This document shows, piece by piece, positions 9,397 to 18,359 of a stretch of 64,000 bases of DNA. The notes beneath the pieces are model-generated. The model had not been told where the DNA came from and did not search any database. It saw only the letters and a program-made list of their open reading frames with translations. The position numbers and the translations under genes were made by a program. This DNA comes from a virus, in the IMG/VR virus record IMGVR_UViG_3300032087_006453, positions 6,004 through 70,003 of that record, one strand, 5' to 3'. The number at the start of each line of letters is the position of its first letter. Positions within the stretch are counted from its first letter, which is position 1.

Positions 9397-9768
9397 TCAC
9401 AGCCGACCCTTGTGATTTGCATTGCCACGGTTCTCGGCAACCTTGCGGAACTTCAGTCCACCCATGTGAGTATTGCTACCAGAGAGATGGCAGCTCTTTC
9501 CCTTGTGGAATCCGGTGTTCGACTTCCATGCACGCTGGTACTTGTCTCTGTCCTCGTTGCTCTCGAAGGCCAGGATCGTGATGTTTGCCATCTTGCCGTC
9601 ACCACCCTGAACTGCGAGGTAGCGAGGAGCACTATCATCACCTCCGCGTTCCCAGACGCAGTCAGCACACTCGTTTGCATACCCCTCTGCCTGACGCTTT
9701 TCCGGAGAGTCGAGATCGAAATCTTCGCCGCAGTGCTTACAAGTCTTGATTCGTGAGTAACCCATCAT
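9397..9768 (-). CDS. Zinc-ribbon protein
   Basis: CKHC...CADC. Confidence 0.55.
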   Translation of the reverse strand: MMGYSRIKTCKHCGEDFDLDSPEKRQAEGYANECADCVWERGGDDSAPRYLAVQGGDGKMANITILAFESNEDRDKYQRAWKSNTGFHKGKSCHLSGSNTHMGGLKFRKVAENRGNANHKGRL

Positions 9769-9811
9769 GCCTCCAAGTTTCTATACTGTTATACCACACA
9801 TGAAAGGAAAA

Positions 9812-10210
9812 CTACACCAACCTCATTACAAGACTCTTCTTTTTTCTCTGGATTTTGACAGAGCCGTTTACCATGATCTCAACGGTCTTCGGAGTAACGT
9901 TTACGACAACGCCTTGGATCACCTTGTCACCATCATACCTGGTTTTATCGACAAACATTACCATCTCGCCAGACTCAAAGTCTTCGTTCTGATCTTTGTG
10001 ATCGATAACGGACTCGATGAAATCTGGTTCGACCTTCAAGCAGAAAGAAGAACTTGTAACCCACTTTGCGGGAGCAGTTCCAAAGCCTTGGTACATGGAT
10101 TCGACTAGAACCTTTTCTCCATCAACCGACATGACTTTTGCAAAAGATGGCCTGCTAACACCAGACACGGCATCCTTGTTCATGACAACAACCAAATCAT
10201 TTATTTGCAT
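9812..10210 (-). CDS. Hypothetical tandem KOW/SH3-like protein
   Basis: GGAGG RBS; TTGTAA-N17-TATGAT promoter at 10228-10256. Confidence 0.6.
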   Translation of the reverse strand: MQINDLVVVMNKDAVSGVSRPSFAKVMSVDGEKVLVESMYQGFGTAPAKWVTSSSFCLKVEPDFIESVIDHKDQNEDFESGEMVMFVDKTRYDGDKVIQGVVVNVTPKTVEIMVNGSVKIQRKKKSLVMRLV

Positions 10211-10380
10211 CTTTTTGCCTCCGGACTATCATACAAAGCTTTTGTCTGATTTACAACCGGCTACTTATGATTTGTGGGGGTGTTCGAATGTGGTTTGTGA
10301 AACAGTATGTTGGTGCCCTTCTTGGCACAATGTTTGGTGCAACCGTTGCGACTCTGACAACAATGGCTTTATATGGAGAC

Positions 10381-10698
10381 CTACCGCCGATCGGCATTGG
10401 CATCGATGATACCGAAGCTATCATGAAGTGCCTGGCGGACGGGACCAGCTCCGACAGCTAGGAGTTCCTTTGCTGCCTTGCTCTGCTGCTTAATGTAGTA
10501 CTCAGCCTTGAGTGCTGTACTTCTGTCTGTGGTTGAAGACTGCCACGCAAGCTCGACTGGCAACCTGGAACGCGTGTACTTGGATCCCTTGCCGGACGAG
10601 TGCTTCGCCACTCTCCTTTCCACGTTGTTGGTAACACCACAGTACAGACTTCCGTCAGAGCATCGAAGAAGGTAGACGAACCATGGTTTAGATGTCAT
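10381..10698 (-). CDS. GIY-YIG nuclease (YhbQ-like)
   Basis: WFVYLLRCSDGSLYCGVTNNVERRVAKH..GKGSKYTR..P, ALKAEYYIK. Confidence 0.88.
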   Translation of the reverse strand: MTSKPWFVYLLRCSDGSLYCGVTNNVERRVAKHSSGKGSKYTRSRLPVELAWQSSTTDRSTALKAEYYIKQQSKAAKELLAVGAGPVRQALHDSFGIIDANADRR

Positions 10699-10712
10699 AA
10701 GTTCATTTGTTG

Positions 10713-11006
10713 CTAGTCTAGGAAAGAGTGGGAGCGCCTACGACGACGTGCATCCGTCTCTGTCTTCCATGCTTGGCTAACGACCGAATTGATTTCCTTC
10801 ATTGACATCCCACCACGCCGAGCTTCATCGACCATGCCTGAAATGTACTTTCTGAAGTCTCTTACGTTTCTAACGCCGTCGAACCATGCCTCTGCAGGTT
10901 GTCCAGTGTCCATGATCATGTTGTAGAGATCTTCTCGGTTGACGATAGTCTCTTCATGCATTGCTTCGCTGATAATTCTTCTGAGTTGCTTTCTTGTGAT
11001 CTTCAT
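10713..11006 (-). CDS. Leader-bearing small protein
   Basis: MKITRKQLRRIISE|A. Confidence 0.65.
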   Translation of the reverse strand: MKITRKQLRRIISEAMHEETIVNREDLYNMIMDTGQPAEAWFDGVRNVRDFRKYISGMVDEARRGGMSMKEINSVVSQAWKTETDARRRRRSHSFLD

Positions 11007-11032
11007 AGGGTTTCTCTCATTGTGTGTTCTGT

Positions 11033-11695
11033 TTATGACGAAGAAACGCCACCAGCTGCAGCAGCTGCTCCAAACGCACCGAGCTCTGTCAGAATCTCGC
11101 CAACGTATGCTGTGATCTCACCGGATTTGATTGCCGATGTTGCACCCTCAACTGCTGCGTGCATGATGTCACCGTGCTCAAGACCCTTCATCACAGCGAT
11201 GCCGCCATTGTAGACAAGGAACCCAAGAAGAATTGCGAACAGCACCTTGCCGGCCATCTCAGCTTTCTTTGGGTCCTTGATTCTCAAAACGTTCTTTGCG
11301 AAGAGAATGAAAGGCTTTTCGAAGAGATGGTGAACCTTGTTTGCTGCATCGTAAACAAGCTGAGCCTTTTCATCAGCTCCAAGCTCAAGGCCCAATGTAT
11401 CCTCAAGCTTCTTTCCGAAGAACTTCCCAACCTTAGCAAACCCCTTTACGATAGCCGGCGCAGCCAGGGTAATTCCAAGTGCAGCAAGGCCAACGGCTTC
11501 CTGAAGCTCTTCCTCTTTCTCCTCGGCCTTCTCTTCAACGTACTTCGAGACCTTTGGAAACATTGACTTGAAAGATGAGAGGATGTCCTTGAACATCTTA
11601 TCGACCTCATCTCCCTTGGCTTCAAGAATAATCTTCCTGTGCTCAGAAATAACAATCGATCGAAATTGTGATTCTGTAAGTCGCCTGGCTTTCAT
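11033..11695 (-). CDS. Leader-bearing protein with hydrophobic segments
   Basis: RRLTESQFRSIVISEHRKIILE|A; two hydrophobic helices. Confidence 0.6.
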   Translation of the reverse strand: MKARRLTESQFRSIVISEHRKIILEAKGDEVDKMFKDILSSFKSMFPKVSKYVEEKAEEKEEELQEAVGLAALGITLAAPAIVKGFAKVGKFFGKKLEDTLGLELGADEKAQLVYDAANKVHHLFEKPFILFAKNVLRIKDPKKAEMAGKVLFAILLGFLVYNGGIAVMKGLEHGDIMHAAVEGATSAIKSGEITAYVGEILTELGAFGAAAAAGGVSSS

Positions 11696-11713
11696 TTCGT
11701 TCCTATAGCTCTG

Positions 11714-12061
11714 CTACTTTAAGTATGCTTGAACACCGAGAATGCACAGGGCTAAAAAGACGCAAGCCATGGTCTTCAGCGTAAAGGGAGACTCTCCCAG
11801 GAAGTACCAGGTAAGTGGCGGAAACACAAAGAACGTTAAAGCAAACCCTATGAACCTTGTTGCCCACCAACCGCCGAAAGCAACAATAGCGTGAGACCAA
11901 GCATAGTAATAGCCAAACGCAATGGGAAAAGCAGTCAGGGCGCACATGAGAATGGGCCTCTGCTTCCACCATTCGCTGATGAACTGAGCGTTGAGCTGAA
12001 ACCAGACTATGGCATCAGTGATGAGAAATAGTGCAATAGCGATTACTGCATTCTTGTTCAC
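11714..12061 (-). CDS. Small four-TM membrane protein (DMT/SMR-like)
   Basis: Four hydrophobic segments; WYFLGESP motif before the last helix. Confidence 0.55.
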   Translation of the reverse strand: MNKNAVIAIALFLITDAIVWFQLNAQFISEWWKQRPILMCALTAFPIAFGYYYAWSHAIVAFGGWWATRFIGFALTFFVFPPLTWYFLGESPFTLKTMACVFLALCILGVQAYLK

Positions 12062-12261
12062 GGTCTCTCAACAATCTTAAGCTCATTTAGCATGACGAGT
12101 TGAGTTCTGCCGTCGTCCCACTTTACCTCTGCCTTCAGAGTGCTTGCGGGCACACCGCCTACAAACCACGAATCAGTTTCGGTAATTGCAACCTTCTTCA
12201 CAGTTCCAACGCGTGTCATGTTTGACCAATGGCAAACTCGATCTTTTTCTCTTGGAGTCAT
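12058..12261 (-). CDS. Small SH3-like hypothetical protein
   Basis: 67 aa; GTV...AEVKWDDG. Confidence 0.5.
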   Translation of the reverse strand: MTPREKDRVCHWSNMTRVGTVKKVAITETDSWFVGGVPASTLKAEVKWDDGRTQLVMLNELKIVERP

Positions 12262-12307
12262 TTATCACCTCAAGTGATTGTAACTAGCAAACAGGCAGTT
12301 TATACTC

Positions 12308-13021
12308 TCAGCGAATTATTGCACCAAGAACCCTGTTCTCGCCGCCGCCGTTGGGTGGATCATCCGTAAAGTTGTCGCCACCGCTGTGGATGATCAAGGC
12401 TCTGCCGTAAACATCCTGAAGCGTAAGACGTGGTGCAAGGACCGGAATGTCTGCGTCACCGTCCATGTCAAAGTACAGCGGAGGAAGATCCCCTAGGTGG
12501 CCGTTGCCGTAAGGACCTTGATGAGTTCCTGTCCCACGAGGATCGTAATGGCTACCAGCGGCTAGCCCAATAACAAGCTTGCCATCCTTCATTCCAGGAC
12601 CAAGCTCGCCGTATTCATGGACGTGGAAGCCTCTGAGACCGCCTGCCAGTGGCTTGTAGGAAACCTGCGGCATGAACATGAGGCCGAGGTCTGTATCCTC
12701 GATAGTGATCTGTCCGACCGGCTCACCAGCTCCGATGTGTGTGAGAGTCTGGATGGGAACTGTTACCGATCCAATGTTGAGGTTTTCGTTAATCTGCTTC
12801 GTTGGAATCACGGGCTCGGAGAGATCCATGTATTCCGGGTAGGGCTCGTACTCTTCCTTGAGCATGTGCTGACCAGAAAGAAAGTGCTCGGGATCTGACA
12901 TGAACATTTCCCTATGACCTCTGCTGCAGAAGTGGTAGATCTCACCGTCAGCTTCAACAACCGGGGTTCTTGTTGTCACGTCAATTGGCTTTCCAGAAAC
13001 AGGGCAAATTCGCTTGCTCAT
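12308..13021 (-). CDS. sodC: YHS/TRASH domain fused to Cu/Zn superoxide dismutase
   Basis: CPVSG...YHFCS; GFHVHE, AAGSHYDP, HQGP, GHLGDLP, ALIIHSGGDN, GGGENR. Confidence 0.85.
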   Translation of the reverse strand: MSKRICPVSGKPIDVTTRTPVVEADGEIYHFCSRGHREMFMSDPEHFLSGQHMLKEEYEPYPEYMDLSEPVIPTKQINENLNIGSVTVPIQTLTHIGAGEPVGQITIEDTDLGLMFMPQVSYKPLAGGLRGFHVHEYGELGPGMKDGKLVIGLAAGSHYDPRGTGTHQGPYGNGHLGDLPPLYFDMDGDADIPVLAPRLTLQDVYGRALIIHSGGDNFTDDPPNGGGENRVLGAIIR

Positions 13022-13030
13022 ACGCTCACC

Positions 13031-13777
13031 TCAGTACACAAATTCAACATTGATCATCTCCGGTTTTCCCTTGGGGAACCTTGCTTTCCATGCATCGATT
13101 TTTTCTTTGGCCTTTTGCATGACTTCTCTTCGCTCGCCCGTCGGATCGTTGTCTTCGTTGAAATCTTCAGGTCCGAAACGGTTTGCAAAGATCGCGGCGA
13201 GAACATCGGGAGATCTGTCGGTTCCCGACTTAGCAATATCAAAATCTTCTGGAACGAAATCGGGAATGCCGGCGTCAAGAATCTGGCGTGATATATCAGG
13301 ACCGACAGCGCCTACCATTCCATGGCCAATGATGTCATGAACAACTTCCCAATCAACACCTTGAAAGTCTTCAGGGCCAGGCGGTTCAAGAACGACCATG
13401 TACTTTGCATCCTTTGGCCAACCTTTTGATGCAACCCAATCCTGGAAGTCTTCGTCAAACTCGTCGTAGTCACGGTAGACATTCTCAAACTCATCGATGT
13501 CTTCCACGGTTATGATGTACCACGTATCCTTCGTGTCTGTGAACCACTTCTTTGCTGCCTCAATGTAGTCAGGCTTTGCGCCGTATGCAATCGACGAGTA
13601 GGAAGTTCGAGGACCACCGCCATAAGATTCGATATCGGCGAGCGGAACCTCCATGATGATCTGCTTGACGTACTCTCTGAGCGTAGACTCAGTGACCATA
13701 CCTTCGAGGGAATCTAGCAAGCCGTCCGGAATGGGAACGTCTTGTGCCTGCAAATTTGTAAAGATGTTTTTCTTCAT
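13031..13777 (-). CDS. Leader-bearing acidic protein
   Basis: Internal VTESTLREYVKQIIME|V; HDIIGH. Confidence 0.6.
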   Translation of the reverse strand: MKKNIFTNLQAQDVPIPDGLLDSLEGMVTESTLREYVKQIIMEVPLADIESYGGGPRTSYSSIAYGAKPDYIEAAKKWFTDTKDTWYIITVEDIDEFENVYRDYDEFDEDFQDWVASKGWPKDAKYMVVLEPPGPEDFQGVDWEVVHDIIGHGMVGAVGPDISRQILDAGIPDFVPEDFDIAKSGTDRSPDVLAAIFANRFGPEDFNEDNDPTGERREVMQKAKEKIDAWKARFPKGKPEMINVEFVY

Positions 13778-13778
13778 C

Positions 13779-14108
13779 TCATAGTCCTGTTGATGTTTGT
13801 AGATCCCATGGACCGTAGTGCTCGTACTCAAGGGCACGTCTCAACATTTCATCATAATCGTATTCATGAATGTTGTCAAGATATTCTATTCTTCCAAGCG
13901 CGTAATACACAGGCGCAGGCATTCTAAGGTCTCTTCCATTCGACTTGTCAATGACCGTGTCACCGTCTAGAACAAATGCGTGGCCATACGATATGCCCTC
14001 AATGTCACCCTGCCCCATGACCTCTGCGTGAATCAACTTCAGCCCAGAACCAGGTCCTTCGCTGAGCATGTATTGGAATGCAGCTTCGTAGCAATCGCCG
14101 AGTTTCAT
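13779..14108 (-). CDS. Minimal transglutaminase/papain-like protein
   Basis: GDCYEAA...GHAFV...VIDKS (Cys-His-Asp triad pattern). Confidence 0.55.
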   Translation of the reverse strand: MKLGDCYEAAFQYMLSEGPGSGLKLIHAEVMGQGDIEGISYGHAFVLDGDTVIDKSNGRDLRMPAPVYYALGRIEYLDNIHEYDYDEMLRRALEYEHYGPWDLQTSTGL

Positions 14109-14719
14109 CAGTCCTCCAACGTCACTAGCCTGTTCAAGCTAGCAAGCTTATAAGTTGCGTATTGTGACTTTGGCCCTGTCTTCACATACCTTTTGCTCAG
14201 GGGTGATTCGGTCCACGGAGTTTTCGATGGTAGATCCTCGCCAAAGTCGTAGACCGCAGTCTCCTGACCGCAATTGTCATCAGGCTCAGCGGTAAGCGAA
14301 TTCGACGGGCTATCCATCTGAATTGCTTTCACATCTTTTCTTTTTCTCAGGTAGTATGACCAAACTTTCCTTGCATCTGGTGATACGCTGTACCTGTCTG
14401 CGATCAATCCTCCACCGTACTCGGTCGCATACTCCATCGCAACATCGTACAGTAGCGGACCCCAGCCTCTCGTGGCTTTGGCCGATGTTACTTCGAACGC
14501 ACCGCCGCATGGCAAGTCAGGCTTTGAAATTGCAATGCGTCCTTCCATGTCGTCAATATGGTCAAAGAACCTTTGTCCCTTTTCGTTTGAGTAGAAGATT
14601 TCTACGTCATCGGGACCATCTGCGACAATAGTGACGTAGACATCAGCCTCTGGAAGGTCTCGTGGTTGCTTTGCTGCTTCGAACAGAAGCTCTCTCACAT
14701 ATTCACGTAGAAGTTTCAT
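14108..14719 (-). CDS. GNAT-like paralog 1 with leader
   Basis: MKLLREYVRELLFE|A; RGWGPLLYDVAMEYAT, GLIADRYSVSPDARKVWSYY. Confidence 0.7.
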   Translation of the reverse strand: MKLLREYVRELLFEAAKQPRDLPEADVYVTIVADGPDDVEIFYSNEKGQRFFDHIDDMEGRIAISKPDLPCGGAFEVTSAKATRGWGPLLYDVAMEYATEYGGGLIADRYSVSPDARKVWSYYLRKRKDVKAIQMDSPSNSLTAEPDDNCGQETAVYDFGEDLPSKTPWTESPLSKRYVKTGPKSQYATYKLASLNRLVTLED

Positions 14720-15249
14720 CAGTAGTACACTGCCCCCGTTATGGTGACGTTAGGGTACTTCTCCGCCATCTTGTCTTTGAGATGCCCGATCTCCTCTCTC
14801 ATCATTCTGCCAAACTGAACGTATCCTCCGTCTGGATCAACGTGCCGAGAAAAGAATTCGTCTATGAGTTTGCTAGCAACGCCCTTGCCACGAGAATCGC
14901 TCCTTGTCTTTATGTAGTCGATGTACCATATCTGCTTTCCGGCGGTGGTCTTACCGTCAGCATGATAGTCTAGAAACCCGATGATGCAAACATTGGAGAC
15001 ACCAGGGATGAACTCACCTTTCCTAGGCTTCTTAAGCCTTTGGCCTCGCTTACCGTATCTTATCATCTTTTGGTAATCAACGAAATATGCATCATGGTGC
15101 TTGGGAGGTTCGGTGACTGAAGAGTCGCAGTAGGCCAAGCGCTTTACGTTGCCTCTGTATGCACGTGCATAAGGCAGAGGAGAGTCTAGTTCATGAAACG
15201 AAACATCCTCTGTGATAAGTTCTCTTACGTATTCTCGAAGTAGATTCAT
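14719..15249 (-). CDS. GNAT acetyltransferase with leader
   Basis: MNLLREYVRELITE|D; IIGFLDY, WYIDYIKT, SRGKGVASKLI (acetyl-CoA motif A). Confidence 0.72.
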   Translation of the reverse strand: MNLLREYVRELITEDVSFHELDSPLPYARAYRGNVKRLAYCDSSVTEPPKHHDAYFVDYQKMIRYGKRGQRLKKPRKGEFIPGVSNVCIIGFLDYHADGKTTAGKQIWYIDYIKTRSDSRGKGVASKLIDEFFSRHVDPDGGYVQFGRMMREEIGHLKDKMAEKYPNVTITGAVYY

Positions 15250-15920
15250 CCCACTCTCCGTTTCATATCGCCGACAAGCTTGCCAGCCTTCTTCAGGGCT
15301 CTGAGAGTTGTCGATTCGTTTCCTCGAGTCTTCGACCACATCTTGCTAAGCGGTGATCTCATCCATTTTTGACCCGGAAGTTGTTTTGTGAGGTCGGTGT
15401 CAGGGACCAGGTAGCCCTGATCGGACGACAATGAAGCCCGGGCAGATTGCTTTATTGATACGCCCTGATCGCAATTGTCTCGGTCAGTTGGAGTTAACGT
15501 GTTCTTCAGATCGTCCAGCTGAGTGCTGACAACATCGGGGCGTTTATTCATGTAGTGTGTCCACACCTTTGCAGCGGAGTACGATACTTCCTCTCGGTCT
15601 GCGATGAGACCTGTGCCGTCCCTTGTTGCAAACTCCATCGCAAGATCGTAGAGCATAGGTCCCCAACCTGGCGCCGCACTAGACCATGCAACCATCCATG
15701 CACCTTCGCACGGACCGTCTTCGTCGTCATCAACTATTTGAATCGTTCCGTAAATTTTGTCAACACCGGCCCTGAATGGCTTTCCTTGAGCATCGGTATA
15801 GGAAATGTTCACGAGACCATCTTCAACTTCGAACTTGACGAACACGTCATCAGGTAGGTCGGCTGGGCCTTTTGCTGCTTCTGACAGAAGCTGTCTCACA
15901 TATTCACGTAGCAGTTTCAT
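15246..15920 (-). CDS. GNAT-like paralog 2 with leader
   Basis: MKLLREYVRQLLSE|A; GWGPMLYDLAMEFAT, GLIADREEVS, KVWTHY. Confidence 0.7.
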   Translation of the reverse strand: MKLLREYVRQLLSEAAKGPADLPDDVFVKFEVEDGLVNISYTDAQGKPFRAGVDKIYGTIQIVDDDEDGPCEGAWMVAWSSAAPGWGPMLYDLAMEFATRDGTGLIADREEVSYSAAKVWTHYMNKRPDVVSTQLDDLKNTLTPTDRDNCDQGVSIKQSARASLSSDQGYLVPDTDLTKQLPGQKWMRSPLSKMWSKTRGNESTTLRALKKAGKLVGDMKRRVG

Positions 15921-16495
15921 TCTATCAGCTTCCCCATTGACCGAAGCTTCTGGATCGTGTCTAGCTTCTTTGTCCACCTCTTGCTTAGTGGAGACTCATG
16001 CCATTCGATGTCGGCCAGCTCTTCGCTTTTGTATGCCGAGGTCTGGCCGCAGTTGTCGTCGCGGGTAGGCGTGAGTGTGTTGTCCAGGTCGTCCATCTGA
16101 ATTCCTGTTACGTCAGCCCTTTTCTCTGCGTAGTAATCCCAAACGTCTCTTGCACGCAGTGAGACACTGTTTCTTCCCGAAGCAAGACCGCCACCGAGCT
16201 GCGTCGCAAACTCCATCGCGACATCATACAGCAGTGGACCCCAGCCCTTAGCGGCTCCGGAGTCCAAGACAATGAATGCGCCACCGCAGGGTTCATCAGC
16301 TTCCTGTATTTCGATCAAGCCTCTAACCGGGTTTTGCTTTCCTTCGATGTAGTACCCCTCTTCGTCGGCGTAATAAATCTCGTATGTGCCCGCGTCTGTC
16401 AGATCAATTCTGACAAACACACCGTCAGGTAGATCTTCCGGACCTTTTGCTGCTTCCGACAGAAGCTGTCTCACATACTCTCGTAGAAGTTTCAT
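15917..16495 (-). CDS. GNAT-like paralog 3 with leader
   Basis: MKLLREYVRQLLSE|A; KGWGPLLYDVAMEFAT, RDVWDYY. Confidence 0.7.
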   Translation of the reverse strand: MKLLREYVRQLLSEAAKGPEDLPDGVFVRIDLTDAGTYEIYYADEEGYYIEGKQNPVRGLIEIQEADEPCGGAFIVLDSGAAKGWGPLLYDVAMEFATQLGGGLASGRNSVSLRARDVWDYYAEKRADVTGIQMDDLDNTLTPTRDDNCGQTSAYKSEELADIEWHESPLSKRWTKKLDTIQKLRSMGKLIE

Positions 16496-17796
16496 AGCTC
16501 TATCAGTCTCCCGGCATCCTTTAGTGCATTGATTGTTGCAGGCCGCTTCTTGAAGGTCTTGCTCGAAGAGGAATCATACCACGTCCGAGGGGTTTTGTCA
16601 TCCGCCGAAACATCCTGATCACAGTCATCGTAATTACGATCAGGCGTTAGCTGCGGCCCGGGTATTCCGCTGTCAGGAAGTTTATCGAGTTGGCGCTTTG
16701 TCACATCTGGCCGATTGTCATTGTAGTAATCCCACACCCGCCTTGCATCTCTTGACACTGAAGATCTATCTGACATGAGACCTGAACCATCCATCGTCGC
16801 AACTTCCATTGCAACATCATAGAGAAGCGGTCCCCAACCGGGTGGCTGTGCACTGGCATACATAACCTCCCAGGATCCCTCACAGCCGTTCTTGCTCTTA
16901 AACATGATTATGTGCCCAGCGACGCTAGAGTCGTCGGCGTACTGCTCATAGCCAAATTCGTCTGAGTAAAATATCTTTATGAATTTGTCTCTTGCTATGG
17001 CGATGTAGAGATCTTTTGACTCAAGGTCTTCGACATCTTTTGCTGCTTCGGTTAGAAGCTTTCTTACGTATTTACGAATGTGAGTTTCATTCTTTGTCTT
17101 GGTCTTCTTCTTCAGTTTTTCGAGATGGCTAGACCAGATCTTGTTCGCTGCTCTGAGATTCTTCTTTTTCTCTGGGTCCTTTGTTCTCTCGATTGCAACC
17201 TTCCCTCTTTGAACCATGACTAGAGACGCCTGAACCTTATGGGCGTGTGTTCTATTGGCCTTGTTAACTGTTGCAACACCCTTTCGAGCTGTGGCAGCAT
17301 CCTTGAACCCAAGACCCTTGATCGTTCCCTTTGGGTCTTCGTCAGTGTAGAGGTCGGAATGCTTGGAACTTTTGCGGCGCTGGCCTTTCTTCCTTGGCTT
17401 CCTGGTTGCTTCGCTAACTCGCGGAGACCTTCTCATGCCGCCAAACTCAGGATCATCAACGAATCCGTTGCGAGCATACCAACTCTCGAGACCTTCCGAG
17501 TCGATCGTCGCCTGGGCAAACGGTGTTGGGTCGAGCGACATGACGACGTCATTTTCGTCTGCTAAGCTGACAAGCCTTCCCAACACTTGAGAGGCAAACC
17601 CCTTGCCCTCACATTCACCCGCTGGTCGCGTCTGGATTGAACTGATGTGGATTGTATCATCGAATATCGAAATGTCCGTAAGCACTAAGCAGTGCTCTCC
17701 GTTTGATTTACCCATGTAGAAGTATCGTTCCCGAGGATCCATGGGATTCTGGGTTGACATCTTCTCATATTGTTCGATGTACCTTTCGAGACTCAT
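16492..17796 (-). CDS. Multidomain protein: GNAT + basic domain + GNAT-like paralog 4
   Basis: EGKGFASQVL...WYARNGF; HSDLYTDEDPKGTIKGLGF; internal HIRKYVRKLLTE|A; GWGPLLYDVAMEVAT. Confidence 0.7.
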   Translation of the reverse strand: MSLERYIEQYEKMSTQNPMDPRERYFYMGKSNGEHCLVLTDISIFDDTIHISSIQTRPAGECEGKGFASQVLGRLVSLADENDVVMSLDPTPFAQATIDSEGLESWYARNGFVDDPEFGGMRRSPRVSEATRKPRKKGQRRKSSKHSDLYTDEDPKGTIKGLGFKDAATARKGVATVNKANRTHAHKVQASLVMVQRGKVAIERTKDPEKKKNLRAANKIWSSHLEKLKKKTKTKNETHIRKYVRKLLTEAAKDVEDLESKDLYIAIARDKFIKIFYSDEFGYEQYADDSSVAGHIIMFKSKNGCEGSWEVMYASAQPPGWGPLLYDVAMEVATMDGSGLMSDRSSVSRDARRVWDYYNDNRPDVTKRQLDKLPDSGIPGPQLTPDRNYDDCDQDVSADDKTPRTWYDSSSSKTFKKRPATINALKDAGRLIEL

Positions 17797-18359
17797 TCCC
17801 CTGCAGCTCCCGCTGACTTCTCCTGCCACTCTGCTGACTGTTCATCCTCATCAATCGGGCCACCCGCAGCGTACGTGTCACAAGACCTTGCGCTGTGGCA
17901 CTTGAAGTGATGCATCCAGCAATAGCCAAACCCAAGAAAGAAGTCATCGCCCTCGGGAAGATCTGGAAAGGATTCGCGTGGCTCCTTCAAAAGCTGAGCA
18001 TTGACAATGTCAATCGTCGACATGTCCTCGGGATCGACTTGCTCATCAGATATCGGCATGCATTTCTGCATTCGCTTCGAAACATCGAAGGCAACACAGT
18101 TGCCGCACCTCATTCCCCTTGCCTCTTCTGGCGTCGCTCCTTCCCACTTTTCAGCCATGCTCTCCCAGTATCCGTCGCTCGGCTGCAATGGGTTCATTGG
18201 ACCGTAGGCGTGATTCTTTCTGGTGAGGTTTCTATTCTTGGTGTTTACCTTAACGTCCTGCGTTGCAACGGGGCACTCGAGGTCTTCGACCTGCTCGTTT
18301 ATGATTGACAGCGCTCGGTTAATTGTTTCCTTGAGATATTCTAGTCTTTTATGTTTCAT
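17793..18359 (-). CDS. Cys-rich leader-bearing protein (HiPIP-like Cys pattern)
   Basis: ALSIINE|Q; RCGNCVAF...GYCWMHHFKCHSARSCDTY. Confidence 0.55.
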   Translation of the reverse strand: MKHKRLEYLKETINRALSIINEQVEDLECPVATQDVKVNTKNRNLTRKNHAYGPMNPLQPSDGYWESMAEKWEGATPEEARGMRCGNCVAFDVSKRMQKCMPISDEQVDPEDMSTIDIVNAQLLKEPRESFPDLPEGDDFFLGFGYCWMHHFKCHSARSCDTYAAGGPIDEDEQSAEWQEKSAGAAGE

